Part shown: positions 9,193 through 20,369 of the stretch, one piece after another
Position numbering within the stretch: the stretch's first letter is position 1
Layout: every line of letters begins with the position of its first letter
Origin: a virus
Taxonomy: Duplodnaviria > Caudoviricetes
Virus record (IMG/VR): IMGVR_UViG_3300033463_000027
Location: 64,001-128,000 of that record
Length of the DNA: 64,000 bases
Direction: 5' to 3' (one strand)
The notes under the pieces: model-generated
Told to the model about the DNA's origin: nothing
Databases searched by the model: none
Seen by the model: only the letters and a program-made list of their open reading frames with translations
Position numbers and translations under genes: made by a program

Positions 9193-9516
9193 ATGTATAC
9201 AAGCATAAGAAATTATCCGTCAATGTACAATACAGACGGAAAACCGGATATACTTTACTCTATCCGTATGCGTGAAAAGTACGGAATCAACACGGTATTC
9301 AACTATGAGGATATAGAAAACGCTGGTTTTGAAGTCCTCGACTGCGTGGAAGGCTGTCTGTGTGATAGTGTGATCTGTGAAGATGATAACGGAAACGTGG
9401 TTATCTTTGCGGAAACTGCACTGAATGAATGGTGTAGTGCTCTTATCCCTATCAGAAAAAGCAGTAATGCGGAAACGTGGGATTATTGGTACAATGAGTT
9501 TGTACCTGAATCGTAA
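9193..9516 (+). CDS. Acidic hypothetical protein
   Basis: GGGAGG RBS; D/E-rich. Confidence 0.65.
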   Translation: MYTSIRNYPSMYNTDGKPDILYSIRMREKYGINTVFNYEDIENAGFEVLDCVEGCLCDSVICEDDNGNVVIFAETALNEWCSALIPIRKSSNAETWDYWYNEFVPES

Positions 9517-9617
9517 TAACGATCTCTACTATTTACCTTCAATTCAATTCGATATCAAGCCGCTCGGAATCCGGGCGGTAAGATATCGGAATATGAACGA
9601 ATTGTAAAAGTTTACAG

Positions 9618-9689
9618 TGTACCTAATTTTCGCTTGACATAAGCGGAAATTGGTAGTATACTATATACAACATTATACGGTGTACCTAA
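9618..9689 (+). promoter_or_regulatory. sigmaA promoter with TGTACCTAA operators
   Basis: TGTACCTAA-N7-TTGACA-N17-TATACT, second box at 9681. Confidence 0.8.
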
Positions 9690-9938
9690 ACGGAAGGAGT
9701 GTGTAAACATGAAAGTCAATCTGCGGAAAACTGGCGTTAAGGTACTGCTGAAAAAGCGGTATGTCAACTTAGTAAAAAACGGCAGACAGTACATATATAG
9801 ATGATTTGCCGGAAAAGTCCTATACTATGTGTAGGGCAAAAGAAAAGAGACAACAAAACTATTCGCAAACGGACAGAAAAGCCGATAGAACGCGCTCTGA
9901 TGCGGTTTGCGGCTATGATTGAAATGGAGGTTTTATGT

Positions 9939-10508
9939 ATGGGTAAAAGGAATGAAATATACGACGATTACGCTTTTTTATCGTCGGAATATGAAAAGGA
10001 AACTCGGCAATATCTCTTTGATGAATACGGAGAGTTTGAAGATTGGGAATCTCCGGAAGATATTTCAGATACTCGTGTTTTTGATGAAATAGACGTGCAA
10101 AGAGGATTTATCTTTGAAGATGAAATGGAAATGATTAAATCTTTCTTTGAGGATAAGCAGCTTTTGGTCTGCGGTTCATGCGGCTTATGGTATGGACGTG
10201 TTGACGGAGGAAAAGTTATAACTGTTGATAAACTTTCGGATTTATGGAATGACTGCGGTATGTGTTATATACACCTGTATGACGAAAACGGTCATTTCTT
10301 TGTGGAAGTCGCTCACCATGACGGAACTAACTGCTTTGAAGTCAAGATATTGACGGAAAAAGGATATGAAATTTATTCTGATTGGGAGTATGATTATCGG
10401 TATAGTGAACTTTCGGAGAGAGAAATACATGAAAAGCTCTGGAATGATAGTCACTATACACATATTCCTCATTATGCAAGGGAAGTATTCGGAGTAAAAA
10501 CAAGGTAA
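9939..10508 (+). CDS. Acidic hypothetical phage protein
   Basis: ATG after GGAGG; GLWYGR and HHDGTN motifs. Confidence 0.7.
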   Translation: MGKRNEIYDDYAFLSSEYEKETRQYLFDEYGEFEDWESPEDISDTRVFDEIDVQRGFIFEDEMEMIKSFFEDKQLLVCGSCGLWYGRVDGGKVITVDKLSDLWNDCGMCYIHLYDENGHFFVEVAHHDGTNCFEVKILTEKGYEIYSDWEYDYRYSELSEREIHEKLWNDSHYTHIPHYAREVFGVKTR

Positions 10509-10512
10509 AGGA

Positions 10513-10842
10513 GTGTTGAAAATGCCTAAAGCTATTCTTTATCCTTACGGAAGCGCAACGGATAGAAAAATACTTGACAAGATAGAAGCAGATAGAGAAG
10601 CGGCAAAAACTGGTGACTTTCTTCCTGAGTATTGGTTAAGTGGTTGTACAATTTGTACTCGGAATACACATGGAGTTTATCATGTGTACGTACCTGAAAA
10701 ATCACCTTTTGACGGAAAAATTTTAAGAGATTACAGGATAAACAAATACGGTCATATGGTAGATACAAACTTGTTTTACAAAATTTCTACAAAACAGGAT
10801 TTAATTATGTGGTGTGAGGAACGTGGAATCACGTTTGAATGA
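10513..10842 (+). CDS. Hypothetical protein
   Basis: ORF track; AAGGAG RBS. Confidence 0.65.
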   Translation: MLKMPKAILYPYGSATDRKILDKIEADREAAKTGDFLPEYWLSGCTICTRNTHGVYHVYVPEKSPFDGKILRDYRINKYGHMVDTNLFYKISTKQDLIMWCEERGITFE

Positions 10843-10850
10843 TCTAATAA

Positions 10851-10923
10851 GGCTCTGCGGCTTGCCTTTAAAAGTCGCACCTTATCACTCTAAACAGTGC
10901 ATGAACTGTGCGGAGTGAACCAT
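10851..10923 (+). ncRNA. Repeated pseudoknot + GCAUGA-loop + ACCAU motif, copy A
   Basis: GGC..GCGGCTT-GCC..AAGTCGC then TCACTC..ACAGT-gcatga-ACTGT..GAGTGA-ACCAT. Confidence 0.65.
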
Positions 10924-10975
10924 ATTTACATAAGAAACGGAAATGGTTTTTTGACTTGAAAAGGAGTGTTGAGCA

Positions 10976-11242
10976 ATGGAGAATATAAAGAATACCTGTG
11001 CTATTGACAAGATAATTGCGGAATTATCGTTACAAGATTATCATGCACGAATTGAGCGTTTGACAAGTAATCAGAAAAAAGCTATAAGAAACGGTAAGAA
11101 AAACTTATCTGACTTCGGCGGTTATTCACTCGGACAGAAAACAATGGAAGCCATCAATGTAAAACGTGATTATCTTAACGGAAATATCACAGAAAACGAG
11201 TATAAAGCATGGTGCCTTCGTTATAATTTAGCTTACGCCTAA
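10976..11242 (+). CDS. Hypothetical protein
   Basis: ORF track; AAGGAG RBS. Confidence 0.65.
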   Translation: MENIKNTCAIDKIIAELSLQDYHARIERLTSNQKKAIRNGKKNLSDFGGYSLGQKTMEAINVKRDYLNGNITENEYKAWCLRYNLAYA

Positions 11243-11258
11243 CCTTCCAATTCAAAAC

Positions 11259-11327
11259 GGCTTGCGGATTGCCGAAAAATCCGCATATATCGGCACAATA
11301 TCCGCATGAGGATAAAGTGCTGACCAT
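11259..11327 (+). ncRNA. GCAUGA-loop motif, copy B
   Basis: GGC..GCGGATT-GCC..AATCCGC then TCGGCAC..TATCC-gcatga-GGATA..GTGCTG-ACCAT. Confidence 0.65.
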
Positions 11328-11371
11328 TTAACAAACATACGGAAACGGAATTTGAAAAGGAGCGTTGAACT

Positions 11372-11698
11372 ATGCGAAAAGTCACTTTTGAAATTGACGA
11401 TAAGGCATTTTTCAAAAAGTCGTTCATGAAAGAGAATGGATTGACTGAGGAAAAAGTCAATGAAATTCTTGCGGATATGGATAGTTTTATCTGTACTTAT
11501 TCGCTTATTGGTGGACGTATGCCGGATAGATACGAACTTACAGACAGAAACGGACAGAAGATGAACATTAACGATCTGAACGGATATCAAAAAGGTGTTG
11601 TACTCAATGACTGTTATGCTTACTATGTAGGCGGCAAATATCACGGAGATGCAAAAGAACCTTGTGGAGTTATCCGCATAACTGAAACGGAGGTATAA
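11372..11698 (+). CDS. Hypothetical protein
   Basis: ORF track; AAGGAG RBS. Confidence 0.65.
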   Translation: MRKVTFEIDDKAFFKKSFMKENGLTEEKVNEILADMDSFICTYSLIGGRMPDRYELTDRNGQKMNINDLNGYQKGVVLNDCYAYYVGGKYHGDAKEPCGVIRITETEV

Positions 11699-11700
11699 CT

Positions 11701-12618
11701 ATGAATGAACTGAAAAACTTGCTTGCTCTTAGCAGGAACGCATTACAGGTGTGCTATTATCAGCTTAACATGGATTTTGAAAAGCCCTTTACAGTTATAG
11801 AGGGCAATGGTAAATTTACCGCAAACTCTATCGGTAAAAGGATTTTTGAAGTCACTGGAATGACACGGAAAAATTGCAAGGCTGCACTTTATCTGCGGAA
11901 TGATAATAAGTACAGAAGCGATTACACAAAACTGTATTTTGTGAAATACGATTGTGATTTTGAGTCTGTTGATACGCTTAGTAAAGTTATTTTTAAACAT
12001 AAGTACATAGATGATTTTTGGAGAAAATCAGACTTTGAAGCTGAACGCAAGAAAGACACGGCTCATTGGTGGATAGTTGTACAGAATAAACAGTATCTTC
12101 GTGAAAAGAAAGAGTTCCAGCCTATTGACTTCGGAGAAAGATACAATAGAGTTTATTCAGAACATTACGCTATACTAGGCAATGAACGGAAACGTATCAA
12201 GTACAGTCCGTGCTTTTATCCTTCGCGCAGACCAACGGAGAAAGATATTCTTGATAAATCAGGATATATCCGTTGGGAAAATGTTATTACATATCAGAGG
12301 AAAGCAAAAGCCTTGAAAGCAGAAAGAGAAAAGGCTGCGGCAAGTCTCTTTGATTGTTCGGAAGCAACTGAACGAATCGGAAAAGCTCTACTTGACATTC
12401 GTGATGCCTTGTCTAAAGCCCTAAAGAATAATGTTAGGGCAGGAAAAATAAGAAACGTTTTGCACGATCTGGAATGGGTCGAATCCGACTATAACAACCA
12501 TTGTTCAAAAATTGCAAAAGTCACCTATTCTTCGATTGAGGATATCAACACTAATATTGATAACATGATGGCAAGAATCAACAGAATGAACACAGATATT
12601 GCGGAATTTGATAAATGA
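11701..12618 (+). CDS. Hypothetical protein with C-terminal coiled coil
   Basis: 305 aa; GGAGG RBS. Confidence 0.7.
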   Translation: MNELKNLLALSRNALQVCYYQLNMDFEKPFTVIEGNGKFTANSIGKRIFEVTGMTRKNCKAALYLRNDNKYRSDYTKLYFVKYDCDFESVDTLSKVIFKHKYIDDFWRKSDFEAERKKDTAHWWIVVQNKQYLREKKEFQPIDFGERYNRVYSEHYAILGNERKRIKYSPCFYPSRRPTEKDILDKSGYIRWENVITYQRKAKALKAEREKAAASLFDCSEATERIGKALLDIRDALSKALKNNVRAGKIRNVLHDLEWVESDYNNHCSKIAKVTYSSIEDINTNIDNMMARINRMNTDIAEFDK

Positions 12619-12620
12619 CA

Positions 12621-12666
12621 TACAATATATAGTGTTTACAGAACAGAAACGGCACAAAATATGGTG
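12621..12666. promoter_or_regulatory. Tandem NrdR-box-like pair
   Basis: TACAATATATAGTG (12621) and CACAAAATATGGTG (12653), 32 bp apart. Confidence 0.6.
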
Positions 12667-12724
12667 TTGGAATCCGAATAAAAGGTAAGTTTTAGCGGCT
12701 GTCCTATCGGCTTGACGGGGAGAA

Positions 12725-13414
12725 ATGGAGTATATCATGAATAAGAACAAATTAGAAATAATACTTGAAAAGCACAATAAATGGTGGAATAATGAGGAAG
12801 GAGGAGAAAGAGCTGACTTGTGCGGAGCTGACTTGCGCGAAGCTGACTTGCGCGGAGCTAACTTGCGCGAAGCTGACTTGCGCGGAGCTAACTTGTGCGG
12901 AGCTAACTTGTGCGGAGCTAACTTGCGCGGAGCTAACTTGCGCGGAGCTAACTTGTGCGGAGCTAACTTGCGCGGAGCTAACTTGTGCGGAGCTAACTTG
13001 CGCGGAGCTAACTTGCGCGGAGCTGACTTGCGCGAAGCTGACTTGCGCGGAGCTAATCTATCTATGGCAGAAAATTTATTGTCTGCTATTGCTTACATTA
13101 AGGACAACTTTGAAACGACCAATGAAGGAATTGTTGTTTATAAAACTTTCGGTGGGTCTTATAATCCTCCTGAAAAATGGGTTATACAGTCTGGCTCGAT
13201 ATTATCGGAGAACTGCAATATGAATCGCACTGATTTATGCGGCTGTGGAATCAATGTTGCACCTATTGAATGGGTAAAAAATAATTATTGTGGTGATATA
13301 TGGAAATGCCTTATCCGTTGGGAGTGGCTTTGTGGAGTTTGTGTACCTTATAATACAGATGGAAAAATAAGGGCTGAAATGGTGGAGCTCATTGAAATAG
13401 TTGATAGAGATTAA
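12725..13414 (+). CDS. Pentapeptide repeat protein
   Basis: About 16 A(D/N)L(R/C)(G/E) repeats encoded by 15-nt tandem repeats at about 12811-13060. Confidence 0.9.
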   Translation: MEYIMNKNKLEIILEKHNKWWNNEEGGERADLCGADLREADLRGANLREADLRGANLCGANLCGANLRGANLRGANLCGANLRGANLCGANLRGANLRGADLREADLRGANLSMAENLLSAIAYIKDNFETTNEGIVVYKTFGGSYNPPEKWVIQSGSILSENCNMNRTDLCGCGINVAPIEWVKNNYCGDIWKCLIRWEWLCGVCVPYNTDGKIRAEMVELIEIVDRD

Positions 13415-13420
13415 TAATAA

Positions 13421-13522
13421 AGGCTTTCCGGATTGAACCTTAATCAATCCGCTACAAACAAAGCGGAGTAAATCTCCGCTTACATACACGATCTATCCGC
13501 ATGAGGATTGAAAGTGTACCAT
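13421..13522 (+). ncRNA. GCAUGA-loop motif, copy C (with an extra hairpin)
   Basis: AGG..CGGATTGA-aCCT..TCAATCCG then TACAC..ATCC-gcatga-GGAT..GTGT-ACCAT. Confidence 0.6.
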
Positions 13523-13565
13523 ATTCAGAAGTAAACGGAAATGTAACACAATAGGAGGAATAACT

Positions 13566-15440
13566 ATGACAGTAATTCAGCGTATCAAACAGGCGGTCAA
13601 TAATCTTGACTGTGAAACGGATAACATTGACAAAATAATAGCTCTTGCCTATATGATTGGCAAGGAAAAAGCAACTCGTGAAGTATCTAACGCATACAAT
13701 AAATTACTTGCTGAACAGCGGGAACGTGCGGAGAAATGCCGTTATCACAATATGGCTACGGAAATAGTTGGTGACAAGGAATACATATACTTCGGAGATT
13801 ATGACGGGGCTATGTGTTATACTTTCGGAAGTGATGAAACGGAGGTGTGACCCACAATGACAATAGCAGAATTTAAAAACCACAACAAAGAAAACAATAT
13901 GCCTTACGAATGGATAGGTCAAGGCTATGGCTACAAAGTAACCGATACCGCATGGGACGATCTGAACGATGACGATATTATTTATATCCCCGAGTATGGC
14001 TACGACAAGAAAGATGACGGAACTGTTTTTGTAAGCAGAAATGATGCGTATAGCAAGAGTGATTTCATTCAGCTAATAAGGGAACTGGGCGATAGATACC
14101 TTGATATTGGTAGACAGGTGGAAGTCAAGCGAATGGCTGCGAAACTCTTTGAAGCTGTTGACTGGCAATATCCGGAGAGTTTATTGAATGAGGGATTTTT
14201 TGAGGAATAAAAGGAGTGAGTGAGAATGAATAATTTATTAGTTATACCAAAATGTGAAAATCATGGTGTGCAGCTTGAATATGTCATACCTCGGACTTAT
14301 GAACAGCGTTTTGTAGGTGCTATGTATTGCTGTCCTTACTGTAATAGATCGCGGCTTTATCCTTCAAAGGAAGCGCAAAAACAATTGGAGGATATGATAA
14401 ACAAAAACAAATAAAACAGTTGTTTTGTGAAAGGAGTATTGGTTTATGAAAGATATTATCAGACGTTTGCTTATCAAAGCAAGCGAAGAAAAGGACTTAG
14501 AACTTGCGGAAATAGCAAGTGATTTGATGGGAGAGCTTGCCAGCACATACAATGCTCCCTCAAATTGGCGTGATATTCTTGACGAACTGCATGAGGAATT
14601 TATAGATAATGAATGGCTCATGAACTCGGTGTATGAGTTTGCAATGTATTGAAAGAAGTGTTGATCTATGAAAAGAGTAACATTATGTAGCGCACCTACA
14701 AAGGAGGAACTTGAAAAGGTTATCAATGAATACTTTTGTAGCACCAATTATTTCATAGCTGCGGATAATCAAACTGTTATCAATGTAAAAACAGGTCTGA
14801 CTTGGGGTAAGAATAACGGATTTGAGGTAAGACAGACAAAGCGCAGATGGGCTTTTGTTAGGTATGTGGATAGTGTTTGAAAGGAGTGCTGACTATGAGT
14901 TACACAAGGCAAATCGGAGAAATGGTTATAACTGTAGTATGCGCTGCAAATCCTGAACAGACATATAACGATCACTATGAGGATATCAAGCGTATGATTG
15001 AAGCTGACGGATATATCCCTGTTACCTCTATGGATAATCTGATTAAGAACATTGTTCTTATGTTTGATTGTGATGACAACTATGGGGAGTATGACAAAGA
15101 AACAGGGTGCGGTGGTTACGGAGAAGCGTTCACTATGACAGAGTGCAGAAACTATGTGCTTGATAGTGGTGGATATGCGGAGTTTGACTATTATTGTTGA
15201 AAGGTGGAATAAGATATGAAAAACTTTTATTGCGCTATCAGTCAGCAGATCGGAGACTATCGCAATGCTTATGTTGGACAGTTTTCAAGTAGCGATAATC
15301 TCTTGAAATTCTGTGAACGCAGACAGCGGGAAGGCGCACAGGTTGTCATGGTGTGCGAATCCAAAAAGCAAGCAGAACGCATTGTTGAGGAATGGAATGA
15401 AACCTATAAATCCGATGGAACTCATTTACTTACTTCTTAA
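13566..15440 (+). CDS. Run of seven small hypothetical genes (13566-13850, 13857-14210, 14220-14414 Zn-ribbon, 14446-14652, 14668-14880, 14877-15200, 15216-15440)
   Basis: Closely packed same-strand ORFs, most with a clear RBS; several acidic. Confidence 0.65.
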
Positions 15441-15447
15441 CTTACAT

Positions 15448-15517
15448 AAGCCCACTGCGGGGCTTTGTACCGCAGACAACACGGAATGAAGCGCATGAAC
15501 TTCGGACTGTGAACCAT
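15448..15517 (+). ncRNA. GCAUGA-loop motif, copy D
   Basis: AAGCC..CTGCGG-GGCTT..CCGCAG (pseudoknot strands swapped) then CACGG..GAAG-cgcatgaa-CTTC..CTGTG-aACCAT. Confidence 0.6.
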
Positions 15518-15558
15518 TTACATTTAACTGTTTACTTATGAAAGGACGTTGATTACTT

Positions 15559-16791
15559 ATGAAAACAACAATGACTATTACTGCGGAGAACTTTAAGAGG
15601 GCTGTCAAGGCGGCTGTAAGCTGCTGCGTATATGCGACTGTCCCTGCCCTTGGTGATGTGTACATGGATATTGGCAAGAATGGGGTGTTTATAGCTTGCG
15701 ACCTTGAACAGTATGTACGCTGTTCGTTTAATCCAGTGAAATACTCAGATGATACAATCGGAGTAAGTGTAGACTTTTCTATGTTGAAAAAGATTGCAGA
15801 CATAAAAGGAGAAAACATCACGTTTACCTATGACGAAAGCGCAGAGCATGAACTTAAAATCTCCAATGGTAAGAAGTGTATAACTCTTGCTTGTACGCTC
15901 GTGGATAATTCGGCGGGAAGTAACGACTTTAACAGAGAAACTTATTCTATTCCTTTTGAAATGGATAGAAAAGAAATTATGCAACTTGACAGCGAGGAAC
16001 TTCTTATTACTATTAAAAACACATCTGTGTTCACTTGTAAGACAGATATTAAGCCTATTCTGAAAGGCTATCATTTCAATGGACACGATAACGTCATTGA
16101 AACTATTGACGGGTATCATTGTGTACGCAAAGACTGGAAAACAGGTGTGCTTAACAGTGACTACTTCGAGACTGTTGGCGAAAAACTCATAAATATTAAG
16201 AACATTTTTAATAAGAATGACGGAATGATCACTATATATGGTGCTGAAAGTATGGAGAGTAAGCTGGACTTTGGTAAATACAAGTATACCTTGTTCAGTC
16301 TTACGGAAGGTGATATGAAAATAGAGTATGCCGTAAGAAATTTGCAAGGTGAGTTTTGTAACGTCAAGAACTCATATCCTACTACATTCCAAACATACGG
16401 AACTGCTAAAGCTGGCTCTTTGATAGAGCTTTGCAAGGAGTATTCTAAGTTTATCAGTGAAAAAGCTCCTAATCCTATCATTTTTCATCAGGTCGATGAT
16501 GTTGTGTATGCAAGTTTAAGGACAGTATCTATTAAATTCTGTGAACCTACAGAAATAAAAATAGATGGTGCTCCGCTTTCGGCAGGATATAAGAACGCAT
16601 TTCTTATGGAAGGATTGAGCGTTTTTGACAAGAATGAAACGATTAACATGAAAACAAATGGAAATTTATACCCCTTGCTTATTGAGAATAACGAATATCA
16701 TGTACTTGTTCTTCCAATCAGATTAGACAATGACATTATATCTGATGTTGAAAAAGATATTGCATTACTTAATAGCAAGGAGGCGGTCTGA
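15559..16791 (+). CDS. DNA polymerase III beta-clamp (DnaN)-like protein
   Basis: 410 aa; ACDLE, KPILKGYHF, ETIDGYH and C-terminal LVLPIRL match DnaN motifs. Confidence 0.7.
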   Translation: MKTTMTITAENFKRAVKAAVSCCVYATVPALGDVYMDIGKNGVFIACDLEQYVRCSFNPVKYSDDTIGVSVDFSMLKKIADIKGENITFTYDESAEHELKISNGKKCITLACTLVDNSAGSNDFNRETYSIPFEMDRKEIMQLDSEELLITIKNTSVFTCKTDIKPILKGYHFNGHDNVIETIDGYHCVRKDWKTGVLNSDYFETVGEKLINIKNIFNKNDGMITIYGAESMESKLDFGKYKYTLFSLTEGDMKIEYAVRNLQGEFCNVKNSYPTTFQTYGTAKAGSLIELCKEYSKFISEKAPNPIIFHQVDDVVYASLRTVSIKFCEPTEIKIDGAPLSAGYKNAFLMEGLSVFDKNETINMKTNGNLYPLLIENNEYHVLVLPIRLDNDIISDVEKDIALLNSKEAV

Positions 16792-16929
16792 ATGTTAGGA
16801 ATAGCTATTGTAGTTATATACTATATCGGCTGTCTGATTGCAGACACCTTCCGAAAGTACAAGTAAATAGATAGGGGGAACCGAGCGGCAGCGGAATGGT
16901 CTGCCGCATGAATGAGGGAGGAATGATTT

Positions 16930-17280
16930 ATGAATACTGTTATACATTTCGCAGGAAGTTGTGTTGTGCATGACGATACAAAAGCATTACAGGAAACGGA
17001 ATACGCTCTGTATCACACGGGGCTTTTTGAAAATAATAACGTAAGTATTATTGAGGTTACGTGTGGAGAACTTGCACAGAATCGGATTGTAACTCAGACT
17101 CGCCGTGAAGCTGACCTATTGGGAAATGGAATCCTTGCCCTTATCAAACAGACAGATGAAGCTATATGTGCTTTAAATGGAAACTGTGCAAAGGCAGCAA
17201 TTGAGATAGCAGATTATCGGAGAGAGTTAATTGAGTTGCTTGATAAGATTAGGAGTTTGGAAAAGGAAAGTGACGAATAA
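16930..17280 (+). CDS. Hypothetical protein
   Basis: GGGAGG RBS. Confidence 0.6.
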   Translation: MNTVIHFAGSCVVHDDTKALQETEYALYHTGLFENNNVSIIEVTCGELAQNRIVTQTRREADLLGNGILALIKQTDEAICALNGNCAKAAIEIADYRRELIELLDKIRSLEKESDE

Positions 17281-17336
17281 TCCCTTGACAATCAAGGGAT
17301 AATATGTTAAAATTAACATCAAAGGAGTGTTGTTTT

Positions 17337-17642
17337 ATGCGCAAATGGAAATACAAGTTGTTCACAGGCAAGGCTTTGAGAGAAGCTATAAGAGAGGATA
17401 GTAATGAAGCTACTTTAGAAGCGTTAAGGACTTGCTATAGGGAAATTCATAGGGCAATGCCTGATTGGTATGACGAAGATGATCTGGAAAACGACTGTGC
17501 AGAGATTGATAATCAGTTAGATAACTGTAACAATTATGTTGATTATGATATGACTGAGGACGATGTTCAGAATGAAATTAACTATTTACTCAGAGACTTT
17601 TATGACTTCTGTGATTGTAATGGTATTTGGGTAGGACTGTAA
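17337..17642 (+). CDS. Highly acidic small protein (paralog of pseudogene 27112-27418)
   Basis: MRKWKYKLFTGKALREAI...FYDFCDCNGIWVGL; AAGGAG RBS. Confidence 0.7.
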   Translation: MRKWKYKLFTGKALREAIREDSNEATLEALRTCYREIHRAMPDWYDEDDLENDCAEIDNQLDNCNNYVDYDMTEDDVQNEINYLLRDFYDFCDCNGIWVGL

Positions 17643-17656
17643 AGGAGTGAATAGAA

Positions 17657-19338
17657 ATGAAAGTTAAAATAGGAACTATTCTTTTTGACGAATGTAGCGG
17701 AAATTATTTCAGAGTTGACAGCGAATATAAAGAGTTGCAGCATGGTTATTGGTGTACTCAGGTAGAGCTTGACGATGATGGAGAAATTATTTCCGAAGAA
17801 TCAAGCGGGTGGAGAACAAAGAAAGAAGTCGAAAGCTGTATTGATAATTCTTAAAAGGGTGGTTTTATGAAAACTTATGTAAAGATAGAAAACGTAGACG
17901 AGCGTTTTGATACTATGCAGGACGCTACTCAGTATGCAGAGGACAATTTCGATGACGAGATTGAATCCTTTGAAATGGACGTATACTCGGAAAGCGGAAA
18001 GCATATTGATAATCAGACTGTCGAGCGGAATCCATATAGTAATCAGTTTGTTTACGCTGCTTGGGGTTTTGGCGTGAGTAAATGGAATGATGACGAATAT
18101 GATTGGTATGGAGATGTGTTTGATACTCTGGATCAGCTTCTTGAAAACGAGGATTATCTTTCTGCAAAAGCAAAAGGTTATGGACTGCGCGTGGAGAAGT
18201 ATACTCAGACTGTTGACGAGAATATTGGAGATGTGGTAGACATCTATTCGGAGGACGATTAACTATGGCTATATCTCAAATAGAAATTATCTGTGAACAT
18301 TGCGGAAGAACATTCAAGCACAGGCACAAATGTTATAACCGTGATGCTGCGGAATCATACACGGAATGGGCGAAAGAGAATGTAACCATTTGCCCTGATT
18401 GTTACCGAGAAATTCAGAGAGAAATAGAACGCAAACGTATTGAAGAGCTTACAAAAGATATGCCAGTTACCGCAGAGCTTCAAGGCAGTGAAAAACAGGT
18501 AAGATGGGCGAACGATATTCGCAAGAAAGCTCTTAGTTTTGTTGCCGATAGAAAACCTAAACAGGCATTTTGGAATGCTGTAAATTCAAAAACTGATGCT
18601 GTGTGGTGGATAGATCATTGTGATAAGTTAGATAACATTTATGACTTTGCAAGATTATTGGAGGAAAAATAAATGGATATTTTAGAACGAATTAAAGAGC
18701 GTGGATATGAAGTAATGAAAGCTGACTATGATGATGTAGACGATCCTTATGCGTTTAATTATGCGAGAGTTGTCATCAAAACCCCTGCCGGAAATATAAA
18801 GCCTATTGTTGGAACGCTCGATAGACTTTTATACATAAAAGATAAAACATTACAGACTTCTCAGAGAGAACTTATTGAAGCTATTTATCACCCCGATAAA
18901 AATGGTTGGTGTCTTTTGGAGAATGGATTTGACCTTAAAAGCAAATCTGTTTTTGAAAAAGCAGAAGAGCAGCTTGGATTGAAAAGTTATAAAACTGAGG
19001 AAGAGGGAGCTTCAATCGAAAATGAAAGCACTGTAAAATTCCTCACTCACTTTGTCAATGGTGAAGCATATCTAACTGTCATTGATGGAGAATATGTAGT
19101 ACAGCTATTTCATCAGGCAGACATTGATTGTTTTATCACAGACACGTTTGTGTTCGATCATGAGCCTACTTTGGAAGAATTTCATGCAGCTTACGATCTT
19201 ATGCAATTTAAGGTTTGCCTTATGTGTAAGAGAATTAAAGAAATTGATGGTGAAATGTATTGGTTTGAACAATTAAGAAGATATAAAGACCTACTCGGAA
19301 ACGCATATTCTATGCTTGTCGAGATAACTAAAAATTAA
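17657..19338 (+). CDS. Four hypothetical genes (17657-17854, 17867-18262 very acidic, 18265-18672 Zn-finger plus LxGSEKQVxWAxxIR motif, 18673-19338)
   Basis: Contiguous ORFs with RBSs. Confidence 0.65.
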
Positions 19339-19442
19339 ATTGATATATATAACTTTTGACCTTCCACTCAGCGGAAATAAATCTGTTGAGTGGAATTTGT
19401 TCACCCACATTTCAAATGTGAATATTGTGTAAAATTTTGCGC

Positions 19443-19515
19443 TGTACCCAAAACGCTATTGACAACAAGAGCGAAAGGATATATAATAGATAATAGAAAT
19501 ATACAATGTACCTAA
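19443..19515 (+). promoter_or_regulatory. sigmaA promoter with TGTACCYAA operators
   Basis: TGTACCCAA-N7-TTGACA-N17-TATAAT, second box at 19507. Confidence 0.8.
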
Positions 19516-19535
19516 TCAGAGAGGTGAAAGCAAAA

Positions 19536-20099
19536 ATGACTTATGAAGTAGTTATACAGGAAACCTTACAGCGTTCAATCTGTGTTGAAGCGGAGACAGA
19601 ACAAGAAGCTGTAGAGAAGGTGGACGAAATGGTATCAAGCGGAGAATTGGTACTTAACGCTGATGACTTTACAGACAGAAAGTATAAGGTCGCTCCCATG
19701 TATGCGGCGAGTGTAGTTTGCCCGAACAGAAAAGATGAATGGGTAAGACGTATTCTCGCTATCGGAACAGGGGAGGATATGACATTGCAATTAAACCGAA
19801 ATACTTTTATGTGGGTGGAGCGATTTATAGAAAATGAAACTGACATACTCTTAGTCGAGATCGACAAGGGGTCTATTGAGAACTGTGACGGAGAAGATAT
19901 AACAGTCTTTAATAAAGTTAAGGAAACGTATAAGCTCGATTTGATGGACATAAGAACGTGTGTAGACACGTTACTTGATTTGTTTGATTATTATGTCAAA
20001 CCCACCACAAGTCCCGCCGATGTGGTCAGGGGAGTTTTTGGAATGGTAGTTGCAATTGGGTTGTTGTCAACATTTTCGGTGCTGATGTCACTATTATGA
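19536..20099 (+). CDS. DpnD/PcfM-like N-terminal domain protein with C-terminal TM helix
   Basis: MTYEVVIQETLQRSICVEAETEQEAVEKV...VLNADDF. Confidence 0.65.
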   Translation: MTYEVVIQETLQRSICVEAETEQEAVEKVDEMVSSGELVLNADDFTDRKYKVAPMYAASVVCPNRKDEWVRRILAIGTGEDMTLQLNRNTFMWVERFIENETDILLVEIDKGSIENCDGEDITVFNKVKETYKLDLMDIRTCVDTLLDLFDYYVKPTTSPADVVRGVFGMVVAIGLLSTFSVLMSLL

Positions 20100-20317
20100 A
20101 AGAAAGGAGTGAACAAACCATGCAGAATGACATTGATGCTGTTATCAGACAGGTTTTGGTGCAAGCAGTCAATGGCAAGGTATCAGATTTCTATGCTTTG
20201 GTAACTGCGGAGTACGAGCCTGATATGTACACTCGTGAAGATGACTATTTTGTGGCGAGAAAAAGAATACAGCATAAGGCAGAAACCGTAAGGTTTGTTC
20301 ACCTCTATGCGGAGTAA
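20096..20317 (+). CDS. Hypothetical protein
   Basis: ORF track; AAGGAG RBS before an internal ATG. Confidence 0.55.
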   Translation: MKERSEQTMQNDIDAVIRQVLVQAVNGKVSDFYALVTAEYEPDMYTREDDYFVARKRIQHKAETVRFVHLYAE

Positions 20318-20369
20318 ACAAACGCAAAGTGCGTTTGACATATACTATTATCTAAAGGAGAAATGTCCT

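Noticed and set aside
12765-13223. CAELT-repeat ORF
   Set aside because: Alternative frame of the pentapeptide-repeat gene.
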